Shown: positions 1-12,400, counted from the first letter of the stretch. The stretch: DNA of 64,000 nt from Octopus bimaculoides (GCF_001194135.2 NC_068985.1:35983991-36047990), one strand, 5' to 3'. Notes: generated from the letters alone by a model not told the origin. Numbers and translations: made by a program.

Positions 1-330
1 CAAGTTTCCTCATTGACCACCAGATAAGGGATCGGGGGACCCTGTCAAAGGCTTTCTCCATGTCAACGAAAGCCAGGTACAGAGGTTTATCCTTGGCTAG
101 GTATTTCTCTTGCAACTGTCTCACTAGAAATAAGGCATCAGTAGTGCTTTTACCTGGCACGAACCCAAACTGCATCTCATCTAAATTGATTCGCTCCCTA
201 ATTAGTTGGGCTATGACCCTCTCTGTAACTTTCATAACCTGATCTAACAGCTTGATGCCTCTGTAATTATTTGTATCTAAAGCGTCCCCTTTACCTTTGT
301 AGCAGTTGACTATGATGCTGCTACACCAGT
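1..330 (-). mobile_element. RTE-clade LINE reverse transcriptase fragment
   Basis: Minus strand reads PLYLAFVDMEKAFDRVPRSLIWWSMRKL (RT domain with the D..KAFD motif); related copies near 35200-35350 and 39280-39450. Confidence 0.85.
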
Positions 331-402
331 CATGTTATTTATGTTGTTTTTTTTTTATTTGGTTTGCAAGATTCTTTATGTGAATTCATGTGTTGAAGCA
401 TA

Positions 403-624
403 TTTTATTGTGTCTGGGGAAAGTCATTCTGTTTTAATGCCTTATTAATTAACACACTCACCAGTTCAATTTCCATTCATTTACTTATTTTTTCTAAAAT
501 TTTCGTTGCTTCTTGCAACCTCTTCAATAATCATTGATATAAGTAAATGAGTGGAAATCGAACCAGTGAGTGTGTTAATTGATAAGGCATAAAACAGAAT
601 GACTTTCTCCTGACACAATAAAAA
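403..624. repeat. Inverted repeat (86-bp arms, ~90% identical, 50-bp spacer), probably a Penelope-type inverted pseudo-LTR remnant
   Basis: 403-488 is the reverse complement of 539-624 with about 8 differences; the spacer carries a degenerate hammerhead-like core on the minus strand. Confidence 0.7.
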
Positions 625-1049
625 ATATTATTTATGCTTATAGGTAAACTATTTTGCACAGATGTAATCTTAATCACTTCAATTGTGATTAGATTAAAAC
701 AGTTTTTAGCAATTCCATGTTAGTGTTATAAATTGTTATGGGGTTAATATCTAACTGTATCTGGACTTCTTACACTGATATACATTTTAGATATCTTGCT
801 ATTGTTATCTCTAGCTTTTATGATATAATCTGTGTAGGTAGGAAGTTTACTTCCAAACCACATATTTTCAAAGTCTGTCCAATGGTTTATGAGTGAAATT
901 TGGTAGTCTGTTTTTTTTTATATATAAAAATGGGCAGAAAATAGACTCCATCAACTGCCGGAGAGCCTAGAGATAGTAGATAGCCTCTGTTATCTAAGTC
1001 AGTGTTTCTCAAACTAACTGATGTGCATGAGAGGCCCCGTCAAGCCAAG

Positions 1050-1445
1050 TACACTTGTGCTGGTGTCATGTAAAGAACACCTTTTGACTGTTGGGCCTCA
1101 CAGAGGCAAAGTGACTGAGTTCCTTTCGAGTGTTGGGCCTCATGGAGGCAATGACTGAGACCTTTGGTATTATGTTGTGCTTGAGAAGAAGACCCATCAA
1201 GCTGAGCAAAATTGCAGTCATGGCAGATACTGGTGTCATGCAAATTGGCACCGGTGTCATGCAAATGAAACCCATGCCAGTGGCACATCAAAGCACCCAT
1301 TACACTCTTGTAGTGGTTGGCATTAAGAAGGACATCCAGCCATAGAAAAGTGCTAAGTCAGACTGAAGTCTGATGCAGCCTTCCAGTGTGCCAGCCTGGT
1401 CAAAATGCCGACATGGTTATCGGACATTAAATGATGATGATGATT
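1050..1445 (+). mobile_element. RTE LINE 3'-end/3'UTR fragment ending in a (GAT)n tail
   Basis: Same sequence as the block that follows the RTE stop codon in the longer copies (3300-3876, 38060-38550); ends ...acattaaatgatgatgatgat. Confidence 0.7.
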
Positions 1446-2289
1446 ATATATATATATATATGCACATTTATGTGTGTCTGTGTGTATGTCTGTCCCTCTC
1501 TTTCATTCTGTGTATTTCTCTTAGAGGGACTAAATATAAAAGTTCCCTATCAATAGGCAAATGACTTTTAGTTTCTGCCAAACTCTCCTGTATTGAGTCA
1601 TAAAGGATATATTTGGTAGATGTGCTAGTTGTACAATCTTGATGATGATGATAATAACGATTACGATGGCGTCGGCGGAAGTGGTGGTGGTAAATGGGTT
1701 AATAGTTCTTCCATCACTTTTGCATATTGTAAATGATGATGATGATAGTAAAAAGGCTAATAGTTCTTCCAACACTCATAGATTCTCTTGTGTTGTCATG
1801 GGTGCTTGGATATTACGAAAGGACTTAAACACATGGTCTCACATCAGAAACTTTTGTAAAAGGCTGTGTAGTCATGATCTCAATTGAATCATCACCACCT
1901 TTGTGAAGGAAGTTCAAGTGCATGTGCACATATGACTTTTTGTGTATATGTGTTTATATTTGTTCACACATGAGCTTGTACATAGGAGAACTATGGGCAT
2001 ATATTTGCACACATAATTATGTGTGTGTGTGTGTGTATATATATATATTTCAAGGTCCTAGTAAATAGGAAAACAGATAAATTACAAGTCCCTTCAGGGA
2101 GATGGCCTTGCTTGATGTATAAGAAGGGTGTTGGTTAAAACTTCATATGTTGTACCCAGTGCAGTCTTTGGATATATCAGAGGTGTAACAGTATCACAAG
2201 GAGGTTAAAGAAGAAAATAGACTTTGTGTGTGGCAAATGTATGGGTACAATATGCATAAAAAATGCACAAACAAAATGTGCAAACCCTC

Positions 2290-3050
2290 AAATTCTCGGT
2301 GGGGGTGGGGGATCAGAAGTATTAGATAGCTTCTGTTACCTCGGCGACCAAGATAACAGTGGAGGAGGAAGTTCTTGAAGTGTAGTTGCTAGAATAAGAA
2401 CGGTCTGGCAAAGTCCAGAGAGCTTCTACCTTTGTTGGTAACTAAGGGCCTCCTCAAAATGAAAGGTTGATTATACGATACTTGTGTATATAAAGCTATA
2501 CTACATAGCAGTGAAACATGGGTTTTGGGTACAGAAGACTTGTGAAGGCTTGTAAGAAATGAAGCTAGCATGCTCTGCTGGATGGGTAATATCAGGGTGT
2601 ACACATGACTAAATGATTTAAGAGGAAAACTGGGTATAAGAGACATCAGATGTTGTGTGCTGGTGTGGTCATGTGATGCATATGCATGAAGAAGTGCCCA
2701 TCTCTAATATTTGGACACTGGGCCTCACTAAGGAAATGACAAAGGACCAGGAGTTTTGGCAATTTGCTGTTCTTGAGATGCATCAAGCTAAGTAAAGCCA
2801 CTGTCATCTACCCACACATACAGACTTGTCCTTTACAGGTTCCAGTGCCACATAAAATGCACTTGTACTGGTGCTGTATAAAGGCACCCAGCATACTCTG
2901 TAAAGTGGTTGGTGTTAGGACCAGCCTCAAACTATAGAAACCATGCCACAACAATAATTGGTGTCTGGACAGTTCCTTGGCTGGCGAGCTCCTATCAAAC
3001 TGCCCAACTCATGCCAGCATGGAAAATAGACGTTAAACGAAGATGATGAT
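2290..3050 (+). mobile_element. 5'-truncated RTE LINE (RT C-terminus plus 3'UTR)
   Basis: Plus strand reads approximately SFCYLGDQ...VVARIRTVW...LLPLLVTKGL...LYDTCVYKAILHSSETW with stops and frameshifts; GAT-repeat tail at ~3045. Confidence 0.8.
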
Positions 3051-3299
3051 TTTCTGTTGTAAAAAAACAATTTTACATTATTCTGGTTGGTTATTCTATA
3101 TTTTTGTAGAGTACAAATTTATTATTGTTCCATAAGAATGTTGTTGACAGTGACTTCAAAGTTTCAGCCAGCTAAGCCATCACAGTTCAACAATGGATTA
3201 GCTGGACAAAACCAAAGTCATTGTCAACAACATTCTTGTATAAGAATCATCATCATCATCATCATCATCATCATTTAATGTCTGCGTTCCATGCTGGCA

Positions 3300-3842
3300 T
3301 GGTTTGACATGGTGCTGACGAACAGGAGCTCTCTGGAAGAAGAGGTAGACCCAGGAAGACATGGGACGAGGTGGTGAAGCATGATCTTCAAATGTTGGGC
3401 CTCAAAGAGTTGATGACAAGTGACTGTGACCTTTGGTGAGATGCTGCACTTGGGAAGACCCATCAAGCCAAGTAAAACCATAGTCATGGCCAATGCTGGT
3501 GTCATGTAACCGGCACCCATGCTAGTGGCACATAAAAGGCACCTTGCGAATGGGCAGAATAAAGGTGATTAGTGATTGAGACTTTTGGCAATATGTGGTG
3601 CTTGAGAAGAGTTGTCAAGCCAAGTGAAATTGTAGTTATGGCTGATGCTGGTGTCACATAACTGGCACCCATGCAGGTGACACATTAAAATTACCTATTA
3701 CACTCTTGGAGTGGTTGGTGTTAGGAAGGACATCCAGCCATAGAAAACCATGCCAAATCAGACTGAATCTTGGTGTAGCTCTCCAGTTTACCAGTTTCAG
3801 TCAAACTGTCTAATCCATGCCAGCATGGAAAGCAGATACTAA

Positions 3843-3876
<34 letters not shown>
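3300..3876 (+). mobile_element. RTE LINE 3' end with internally repeated 3'UTR blocks
   Basis: GRRGRPRKTWDEVVKHDL...KTHQAK* followed by the UTR and a long (GAT)n tract at 3843-3876. Confidence 0.8.
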
Positions 3877-4339
3877 CCTCCTTGCTGTCCTTTTCTCCCC
3901 TCCCTGTGCTGGCCTCCATCATCAACTCCTCACTTGCCTGTTATCCCCCTCAATACCCTCACATATCTACTACATTCCCCACTCCTGAGCCTGCTATATT
4001 TCTCACCATCATCTGCTATAATCATCTCATCCTTCCCCTTCACCCAGCCCAAGTCTCTATATCACCTCACCTATTCTCACCACCCCCAATGTCCCTTGAG
4101 AGCATGTCCTGACACACCTCAGCCATCATCTCTTTCCCTATCACTCTCTTTATCTTACTCTCCAACTTACTCTCCATTGTTTCCCAACTAGGGTGTCCAT
4201 GTATCTACTCTTCAGCATGACATTTCTATCTGTCCCTTCTAAACCTTGAATCTTTCAACTGGCACAAAACCACATGACTTCAAGAGTACTTCTGCCTTCC
4301 TAGTTGAAGGGTTTTTTTTCTTGTGCAAGGTACTTGGTG

Positions 4340-4640
4340 AACATGACGGTGCTGATGTCATGTAAAAAACACTGGTGTTGTTGTCATGTAAAAAGCACTA
4401 ATGCTCATGCCACATAAAAAGCACCCAGTACACTCTGTAAAATAGTATTAGGAAAGGCGTCTAAAGTGGTTGACGTTAAGAAGAGCATCTAACTGTAGAA
4501 ACCATGTCAAAACTGACAATGTAACCTGGTCTGGCTCTGGCCTACCCAGCTCCTGTCAAACTACCCAACTCATGCTAGTATGGAAAGGAGATGTTAAATG
4601 ATGATGATGATCACCATATATCATCATCAGCAGCAGCAGT
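4340..4640 (+). mobile_element. RTE 3'UTR fragment
   Basis: Similar to 3500-3876; ends gatgttaaatgatgatgatgat. Confidence 0.65.
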
Positions 4641-4919
4641 AACATTCTATGTTCATCTTTCATGCTTGTATTGATTGGATGGTTTAACAGGAACAATGGG
4701 GGTGTCTAAAGACTGTATTCTTCTCCAATATCTGCTTTGGCATGATTTCCATAATCATCCCTACATCCATTATAATATATGCTAATATATGTTTATTATT
4801 TTGATATTTTTAATAATAATATTTTTCTATCTTTATACAATAAGTATTTTATATAAATTCATTTGGTACTTATTGTTGGTTGATATATACATTTATTTAT
4901 TGTTATTATTGTTGTATTT

Positions 4920-5036
4920 TGACCTGAAGATTAGCTGTATTTTTGAACAGAATTTTATTTTCGATAATTTTAATTGATTTTAATCGATTTAAATTTCCTT
5001 TCTATTTGAAAATTAGTTATGAAACACGTGTAGTCA
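4920..5036 (+). ncRNA. Type-I hammerhead ribozyme-like motif with long AT-rich stem/loop II
   Basis: UGAC(4920-23)-CUGAAGA(4924-30)-stem II UAGCU/AGUUA closing ~80 nt-GAAA(5021-24)-C-ACGU-G-U-A(5032)-GUCA(5033-36). Stem I UGAC/GUCA; palindromic CACGUG in stem/loop III. The 10.1-11.1 pair is a U-U mismatch. Confidence 0.55.
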
Positions 5037-6782
5037 TTTTATTATCTTTATCTTATGATATTTACTTTGTATTATATTATACTCATTTATTGTGCTTTTA
5101 ATTATTAATTTTTCTATATGTGACAGTGGATTTTCATCGATGAGTTCATGAACCTTGGTTCTTTTCCCTAAAACTATATATTTATATATATTTTACTCTG
5201 TAAAGCTCAATTTAATTTTAATTTTTTATAAATTGATTTTAATTGAGTTTTTACCTGTAATTTTGGATTTTTTCCCCTATTATTATTATTATTATATATA
5301 NNNNNNNNNNNNNNNNNNNNNNNNNNNNNNNNNNNNNNNNNNNNNNNNNNNNNNNNNNNNNNNNNNNNNNNNNNNNNNNNNNNNNNNNNNNNNNNNNNNN
5401 NNNNNNNNNNNNNNNNNNNNNNNNNNNNNNNNNNNNNNNNNNNNNNNNNNNNNNNNNNNNNNNNTTTCCCTCCCAACACACATTTTCACTGTGACTTCGT
5501 AAAAACCTCTCACTATAGTTTGGCTACATTTAGTCTCTCTGACTGTTACTCACACCCACTTCATTTGTTTTAGTTTTTTTTCTACCACCATGATTGACTG
5601 AACACAAGTTGCATTTATATTATGTGAGATAATTCACCTCTGCTTTAATAAAACAAGTTACTCTAATTTACCTGTTCTTTGTCTATTCTTTCTCTTCCTT
5701 TTCCCTTTTTCCTCTCTTATTGATTTTCTCTTTACTTCTTTCTATCTTTCTTTTCTATTTCCTTTTTTTATCTCCTTTATTTAGATGTCTGCTTAGTCTC
5801 TTTCTCTTCTTCTTCTCTCTTGTATTTAGGATACATCCTTTTCATCCTTTTATTTTCTCTATTTACCTCTGAAAATAATTATGAAATGCCTTGCCTTCCA
5901 TCCAACTTAAGACATAGTTATCTGTAACTTGATGTAATAAAGTGCTCCCTGAAGATGGTTAAGTATCTGAATGCTTTTGAAAAGTCTATCCCAGGGTACA
6001 TACAATTACACATAAACAATATATATCAATATACATGCAAAAAATACTTGCAGAAGTCAGTTTTGTTACAATGGACAAGTCTTCTCAAGATCCTCATATT
6101 ACCAGTTTAATTCAATAATCAAATCATACATATCTCTACAGATTTATCATCCCACAAAATGTGCAAAAATGAAGACTTTTCATTTACAAACGCATCAAGC
6201 AAGAAACTGAGAAAGTCTCTTGACTTGGAAGCTGAAAAGAAATAATTAGCTAACATAGAAGCTGGTTGAGATGGAGTAAATGCAGTCATGTATAGTCTGC
6301 AGTTTTCCCACTCAATCTTTCTTATTCTTAATGGCAAAGAAAAATATCATGAAAGCAGTAAAAGTTTTTGTGGCCATGTGGTTAGCCATATATATTAACG
6401 AAATAAAATGCAAAAATTCAATAAAAAGATAAAATCTGTTACAGTATCTATTGGTAATGCATACAAAATAACCAGTAAGAGGGTCAAATATATATAGGTC
6501 AAATATGTCCATATAAACTTACAACTGGTTAATCAGAATAAAACTCAGTCATGTCAGGGAGTACCTACTATATGTGTATGTGTTGTGTGTGTGTGTGGAT
6601 GTGCCATATGTGTGTGTGGATGTGCACATATGTGTGAGTGTGCATGTGTTACATAAATGGAGATTATGTGAAATTTTAGATATAGTCTGCATAGCAGAGT
6701 ACAACAGTAGGTCAGTATTATATTAGCATTACAACTACTTCAATTTATGAGAAATAGTCCCAGGTTTTACTTAATTAACAAT

Positions 6783-7996
6783 TCAGTTCATGGAATCAAA
6801 AGATAATACAGGGGTTTTATCATCTAACAACTTTGAAAGTTTCTTTGATCTTCGTATGCTCCATACAATCACGAATGCAATTGTTAAAATACTTGCAGTA
6901 CCAAAAATGGATGCAAGGATAAGTGTTCTTTTCTTGTGAAGATTGCTTTTCAGTTTTTCAAATTTGTTACTGCTACTCTCAGTGGTAGAATAAGATATGA
7001 TATTATCCCTTCCTGAGGTGTAAACGGTAAAACCTTTGCTTGGTTTGGTAACTTTATTTCCTACAGGTGTTGTCTCAGTTTTTTTGTGTCCATTTGTGTT
7101 ATGATGAAGTAAAGTTGTTGGTAGTATATTGTTAGTTGTAGATGCTATAGATGTTTTGTGTGTAGGAGTATTGGTATTAAACATCTTTGTACTGTTCTTT
7201 ATAATGTCCAATATGGAAACTGTTGAAATATCTTTACCAGGATACAAAGTTGTAAATAATTTTGAAATGCTTTTGTTTGAATGATTTTCCATTGTTGTAC
7301 TCATTATTGAGCTTGGGAGATTTGTACCGTTCGTTGATGTCCTTGGTGAAAGGGTTGTTTTGATGGTTGTTGTTGTTAGTTCTGATTCAGTAGTGGTTGG
7401 TAATGCTGCAGTTGTAGCTGTTGATTGTGTGGTTGTAGTTGGTGGTGGGGTTGTAGTTATTGGTAGAGTGGTGGTAGTTGGTGCTTGTGTGGTTGTGGTT
7501 GGTGGTGTGGTTGTAGTTGGTGGTGGGGTTGTAGTTATTGGTAGAGTGGTGGTAGTTGGTGCTTGTGTGGTTGTGGTTGGTGGTGTGGTTGTAGTTANNN
7601 NNNNNNNNNNNNNNNNNNNNNNNNNNNNNNNNNNNNNNNNNNNNNNNNNNNNNNNNNNNNNNNNNNNNNNNNNNNNNNNNNNNNNNNNNNNNNNNNNNNN
7701 NNNNNNNNNNNNNNNNNNNNNNNNNNNNNNNNNNNNNNNNNNNNNNNNNNNNNNNNNNNNNNNNNNNNNNNNNNNNNNNNNNNNNNNNNNNNNNNNNNNN
7801 NNNNNNNNNNNNNNNNNNNNNTGTGTGGTTGTAGTTGGTGGTGGGGTTGTAGTTATTGGTAGAGTGGTGGTAGTTGGTGCTTGTGTGGTTGTGGTTGGTG
7901 GTGTGGTTGTAGTTATTGGTAGAGTGGTGGTAGTTGGTGCTTGTGTGGTTGTGTGTGGAACTGGTGGACAAGAAGTTTCTGTTTGGCGCCCATTTT
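6783..7996 (-). CDS. MAM-mucin-TM protein, exon 5 (end of MAM-like domain, Thr/Pro mucin stalk, TM helix, cytoplasmic tail, stop)
   Basis: Acceptor tttcttttcag|AA at 7996 (phase 1); frame (E)NGRQTETSCPPVPHTTTQAPTT... continues across the gap into track ORF 6783-7304; TM LILASIFGTASILTIAFVIVWSI then RRSKK; TGA at 6783-6785. Confidence 0.9.
7430..7950 (-). repeat. Coding minisatellite (78-bp and 60-bp units; TTTTQAPTTTTLPITTTPPPTTTTPP)
   Basis: ggttgtagttattgg recurs at 7449 and 7527 (78 bp apart) and at 7845 and 7905 (60 bp apart); N gap at 7598-7821 lies inside the array. Confidence 0.9.
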
Positions 7997-9158
7997 CTGA
8001 AAAGAAACAATTAAAATTAAATTAATTTTAATGGTATGAATGGAAACAGAAATAATCTGTATCCCTTACATCATCATATTTCTTATAGTCATAATCTCTT
8101 ACAATTTTCTCTCTTATAAGGTGGGTTTCACCTGTGGACTCTGTGTAAGGTAAGAGTAACAGCTTCATGTGCAGTCTGTTATAAAAACTGTAGCAATGAT
8201 TCAAAACTGAACTGCTAGATAACTGATCAAACACCACGACTAAACCACGATAGTTTCACATGATTGATCTATTAAGCAGCCAATCAGCATGAAGCTGTCA
8301 CATGATGCATTCTTCTAAAATCTTCTTCCACTATCCTATAAAAAGCTGCTTTTGGCATCAACACTCATTCACTCATCTCACCTTTTGCCATGCAGAAAGT
8401 TGAGGCAGCTGAGTGATATGTGCCACCATTCTTACCCCACTAGACAGCCTTTACAGATGACTCAGACAGACAACTCAGGAAGACAGCTAAGACATTTGAT
8501 GCAGATAGATGACCAAGAATCTCCATCACCACAAAGATTGCACAACTGTTTTCAGGTATGTTAGGCAAGTCAAATGTTGCCATATCAAATGCTTGGTGTA
8601 AACTCAGAGCAGTATCTCTTTCCCAGCATGTAATTATTGATGTTGTTCACTGTAAAAGGCCAATGCAGTCTGTCTCAATCTGTGAAAATAAATTCTTCAA
8701 TTAAAATGTTCATGGGTGTTGTTTATTTACTTCTTCACACAGCCCTAGAAACATATTTTCATTCATTAACTCAATCAGCTACCAATGCTGCATTAATGAA
8801 ACACTGTAATATACTCATGACATCTGATGACATAGCCTGCAACTACAAGTTGCAACAAAACCAATGTTATTAAACCAATTGGCAAGCCTAACCGAGTGGA
8901 TTAGTGGACTCTGATCTGAGATTGAAAACTGAAGTGAATTCCTCAAGCCTATATGAAAGCATTGCACACAAAGCTAAGGAATCATTTAACATTACATGGG
9001 ATGGAGACTTGAAGCTACTTTATGGCAACTACTATGTAGTTTGAAGACGGAGATATTTTAGAGTAAAGTGTCTTGGCCAAGAACTCTGTAAAGTGCTAGT
9101 AACAACTGGTTGTCTAGAATACTCTCTATTCTGCAATTCATGCTGACACAGAGAAAGC

Positions 9159-9230
<72 letters not shown>

Positions 9231-9239
9231 AACACACTT

Positions 9240-10510
9240 TGGCATAGGGATACTAATAGTCAGTTGTTAGACCTCAGTATCAAGCTTGAGTGTAAGCTTT
9301 CATAGATTGTTGATGAAACTACTGATGGAAGTACAAAAAAAAAAAACTGCTTGTTCTTTTAGCTAGATTTTATGATTGTAGCACTCAAAAAATTATTGAT
9401 AGTTATTTAATTCTTTTGGAAGCCAAGGATTGCTCTGCTAATGGAATTTTTTTCTCTAGTGAAAGATTCTTCACCGTACATGATATTCCTTATGAAAAAT
9501 TTGACAGGATTTACCAGTGACAATGCTAGTGTAGTAATGGGACGGAATGGAACATATGCTAGAAGCATATATTCATCCCAAAGAGACTGCAGGAATATGA
9601 AGATTTCAGGCATTTACTCTAACAAGTTCTCATAAATTATTACATGTAAATTGTACAAGATGGCTATCTTTAGAACAAGTTGTCAATAGAATAATAGCCT
9701 GCTCTAGTGTTATTTGTTACTACTGCTGCTATTGAAGATGACAACTGTGAAGATTCAAATGTGCTGAACTCATTAACAAATCCAATTGCAGAGGTGTATT
9801 ATGCATTTTTAGCATACATTTTGCCAGATATTACCAAGTTGAACTTAGATTTCCAATCAGAAAGCTATAAAATGCACAAACTGCACAAATTTATTACATG
9901 TAAATCTTAAGGGAATACTGGACAATTATTGTTAAAAAGGAAATTGTGAAAAATAAAGAGCTACATGACTGATCCATCAGTATATCTGAAATTTACAGAG
10001 GAGCAAAAGCTGAAAGCATCTACATAAAGAAAGCTTCATCTATTAGTACAACTGAATTGAAACAATTTTTATGTGTGCCTTGGGAAGGAATTTTTTCAGT
10101 GCTTTTTTGCACATGATTTCTTCCATAATCTGAAGCTTCTAGAAGTACTAGACCCAGTTAGTATTCATGATTACAATGGTCTAAGTTCAATTGTTCCTAT
10201 GGCATGCAAATTTCCAAATATTGTTCAGGAGAATCAGATTGAAGCTCTTAATAAAGAATGGAGAGAACTTAAACTTCAAGATGACATAACTGAAGCTACC
10301 AACCAGAAGATTATAGGGATAACATTTCTAAGGAAAAATGTGGAGATGAAGCTAGTTATCCAGTCCTATCATGCTTTATGTTTCAACTCCTATCATTACC
10401 ACATTCTTCAGCTGCAGTCAAGAGAATATTTTCAATCCTAAATAACATTAAAGTCAAGAATAGGTCTAAACTGCATACCCAAACAATCAATGCTATGCTC
10501 CATTCAAAAA
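9240..10510 (+). pseudogene. Decayed hAT-superfamily transposase
   Basis: Fragments such as NASVVMGRNG, YYAFLAYILPDITKLNLDFQSE, and the C-terminal hAT dimerisation motif LLSLPHSSAAVKRIFSILNNIK; many stops and frameshifts. Confidence 0.75.
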
Positions 10511-10689
10511 GTCCCTCTCTTTGTGAAATACTTCAATTAGTACCTCTCTAAATTTCTGACTGTTATATGGATCTTTAAGCTTCCATATCTTCCTTTCTTG
10601 GACTTGATTGTATCTCTAAGTCTCTGAGTCTCTGAGTCTCTGAGTCTCTGAGTCACTTGTCACTAAATTAGGTCATGTGGTACATAATT

Positions 10690-11640
10690 CCCCAGGGAAG
10701 GACTGTACATTTACAACCAACGGTTTACTTATGGAGACTATAGAATCATTCTGGCTTGTATGTCCATCAGACTGATAAGGTAAAGAGATGGCTGGCTGGT
10801 TTTCTTCAGTTAGTGTAGTAGATCATTATTTGCCTTACAGAATTTCCACAGCCTTGTCCTTTCATCATTTCTAGTGCTAAAACCATAGCCTCCATGTACA
10901 GTATGGAGTCCATCAGCGTGCTGCTTCATATGTCCATTGAAGTTACTAACCATGCATGCTGATAAGATCATTATCATTTATTATATAGGTAATCAGCAAA
11001 AAATCATTGAAATCTGTTCCCCTGTTTATCTGCCAGTCCAGACTGTCAATCATATGCAGAGATGTAACTCACATATTTTCCAAAACTTAGTGTAAGATTA
11101 ACTATCCTATCACACATTCTGATTACCTTGATCACTTTATTTACCTGTAGTAACGCCGTGCGCATGCGTAGTCCGACGCATGCGTGGAATTCAACATCTA
11201 AGCGTTCCCGCTTTTATCACTTTTTCTCGGCTGGCCGGCATTGAGCATGGACGTGTCAAGCTGTCTCTCTCCATCTTTCGAACTCTGGGGACAGCTCATA
11301 TCAACATTCCAACGTCTCAGCAACCATGCTCACTCACAGAAGGTGTCTCAACAACGGACAATTTAAGGCTGTCTATTTACCTCCTTAAATAAATATTGTT
11401 GTGTTGATTAGTTTGGAGTTCTGCATTCTGTTTATATTCTGATTTAATATAGGAAGCAGTTGTACACCTAAAGGTGTATAACCCACTATTCCTATATACC
11501 CATTTCTTTGATAAAATTATACCCACAACTCTAACACCATCGCTATTACCTACATAGAAGCATATGTACCTCTGCTCTGGCATTTCAATGATCATACTGG
11601 ATCTACAAAATATTGTGCCTGCATTGACTGTGGTTTCTCT
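10690..11640 (-). mobile_element. RTE LINE AP-endonuclease region (decayed), split by a solo LTR
   Basis: YICFYVGNSDGVRVVGIILSKKWV | NKVIKVIRMCDRIV ... ISAY ... FNGHMKQHADGLHTVHGGYGFSTRNDE. Confidence 0.8.
11146..11496 (+). mobile_element. Solo LTR (probably Ty3/gypsy), 351 bp
   Basis: Starts TGTAG and ends CTATA (one mismatch from CTACA); 4-bp TSD TACC at 11142-45 and 11497-500; internal AATAAA (~11388); CpG-rich; removing it restores the RTE frame. Orientation inferred from the AATAAA. Confidence 0.75.
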
Positions 11641-12004
11641 AATGCTGTTGTTTTGATAGAAATATCTAGTGAGTGGCCAGGAGATGGTTCTCAATACCCG
11701 AAAAAGCTTGTGCAAATGTTTATGTGTGCATGCAAGCAGAAGAGCTTTGCATGTGTACAACTGCACACATTTTACAATTTAATGAATACAATTTCCCTCA
11801 GATGTTCAGTTGATCAGGTTCAAGCACCTGCAGGTAAAAAAGGGTATGCTGTGGCCTCCACTGGGGAAAAGGAGTGAAAAGAATTACATAGCCTTCTAAG
11901 TCAAGAACAATTGGCAGTAGTGAGATTATATAGCAAACATAAACACAGCACACATACATTACATAGATACATATAAATATACATATATGTATGTGTTTGT
12001 ACAC

Positions 12005-12400
12005 AATCACATGGCTGTGTGGTAAGAAGCTTGCTTCCCAACTACATGGTTCCAAGTACAGTCCCATAGCATGGTACCTTGAGCAAGTGTCTTCTACTAT
12101 AACCTCAGGCTGACCAAAGCCTTGTGAGTGGATTTGGAAGATGGAAACTGAAAGAAGCCTGTCATATTTATACACACACACACACACACACACACACAGA
12201 TGTGTGTGTGTGTTTGTCCCCTACTGCCACTTGACAACTGTTAGTGGTGTGTTTATGTCCTGTAACTTAGCAGTTAGACAAAAGAAACATAGAATGAGCA
12301 CTAGGTTTCAAAAAGTAAGTCCTAGGGTTGATTTTTCCAACTAAAACCCTTCAAGGTTTTTTCTTTTGCTGAAGGATCATGCAGTGCAATAAATATTTAT
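12005..12400 (+). mobile_element. tRNA-derived SINE (abundant family; other copies near 20876-21318, 30306-30710, 40935-41060, 52330-52650)
   Basis: Head ggctgtgtggtaagaagcttgcttcccaac...ggttc, internal (CA/TG)n, shared tail ...cagcatggccgcagtc...tgactgaaacaagtaaaa. Confidence 0.85.

Noticed and set aside
7360-8025. 221-aa Val/Gly-rich plus-strand ORF and 207-aa His/Asn-rich minus-strand ORF
   Set aside because: Antisense and off-frame shadows of the mucin repeat; the spliced Thr/Pro frame explains the region.
8340-8690. Stop-poor minus-strand stretch in intron 4 that could be an extra exon
   Set aside because: No phase-compatible acceptor/donor pair without stops; looks more like a decayed RT fragment (..HQAFD..).
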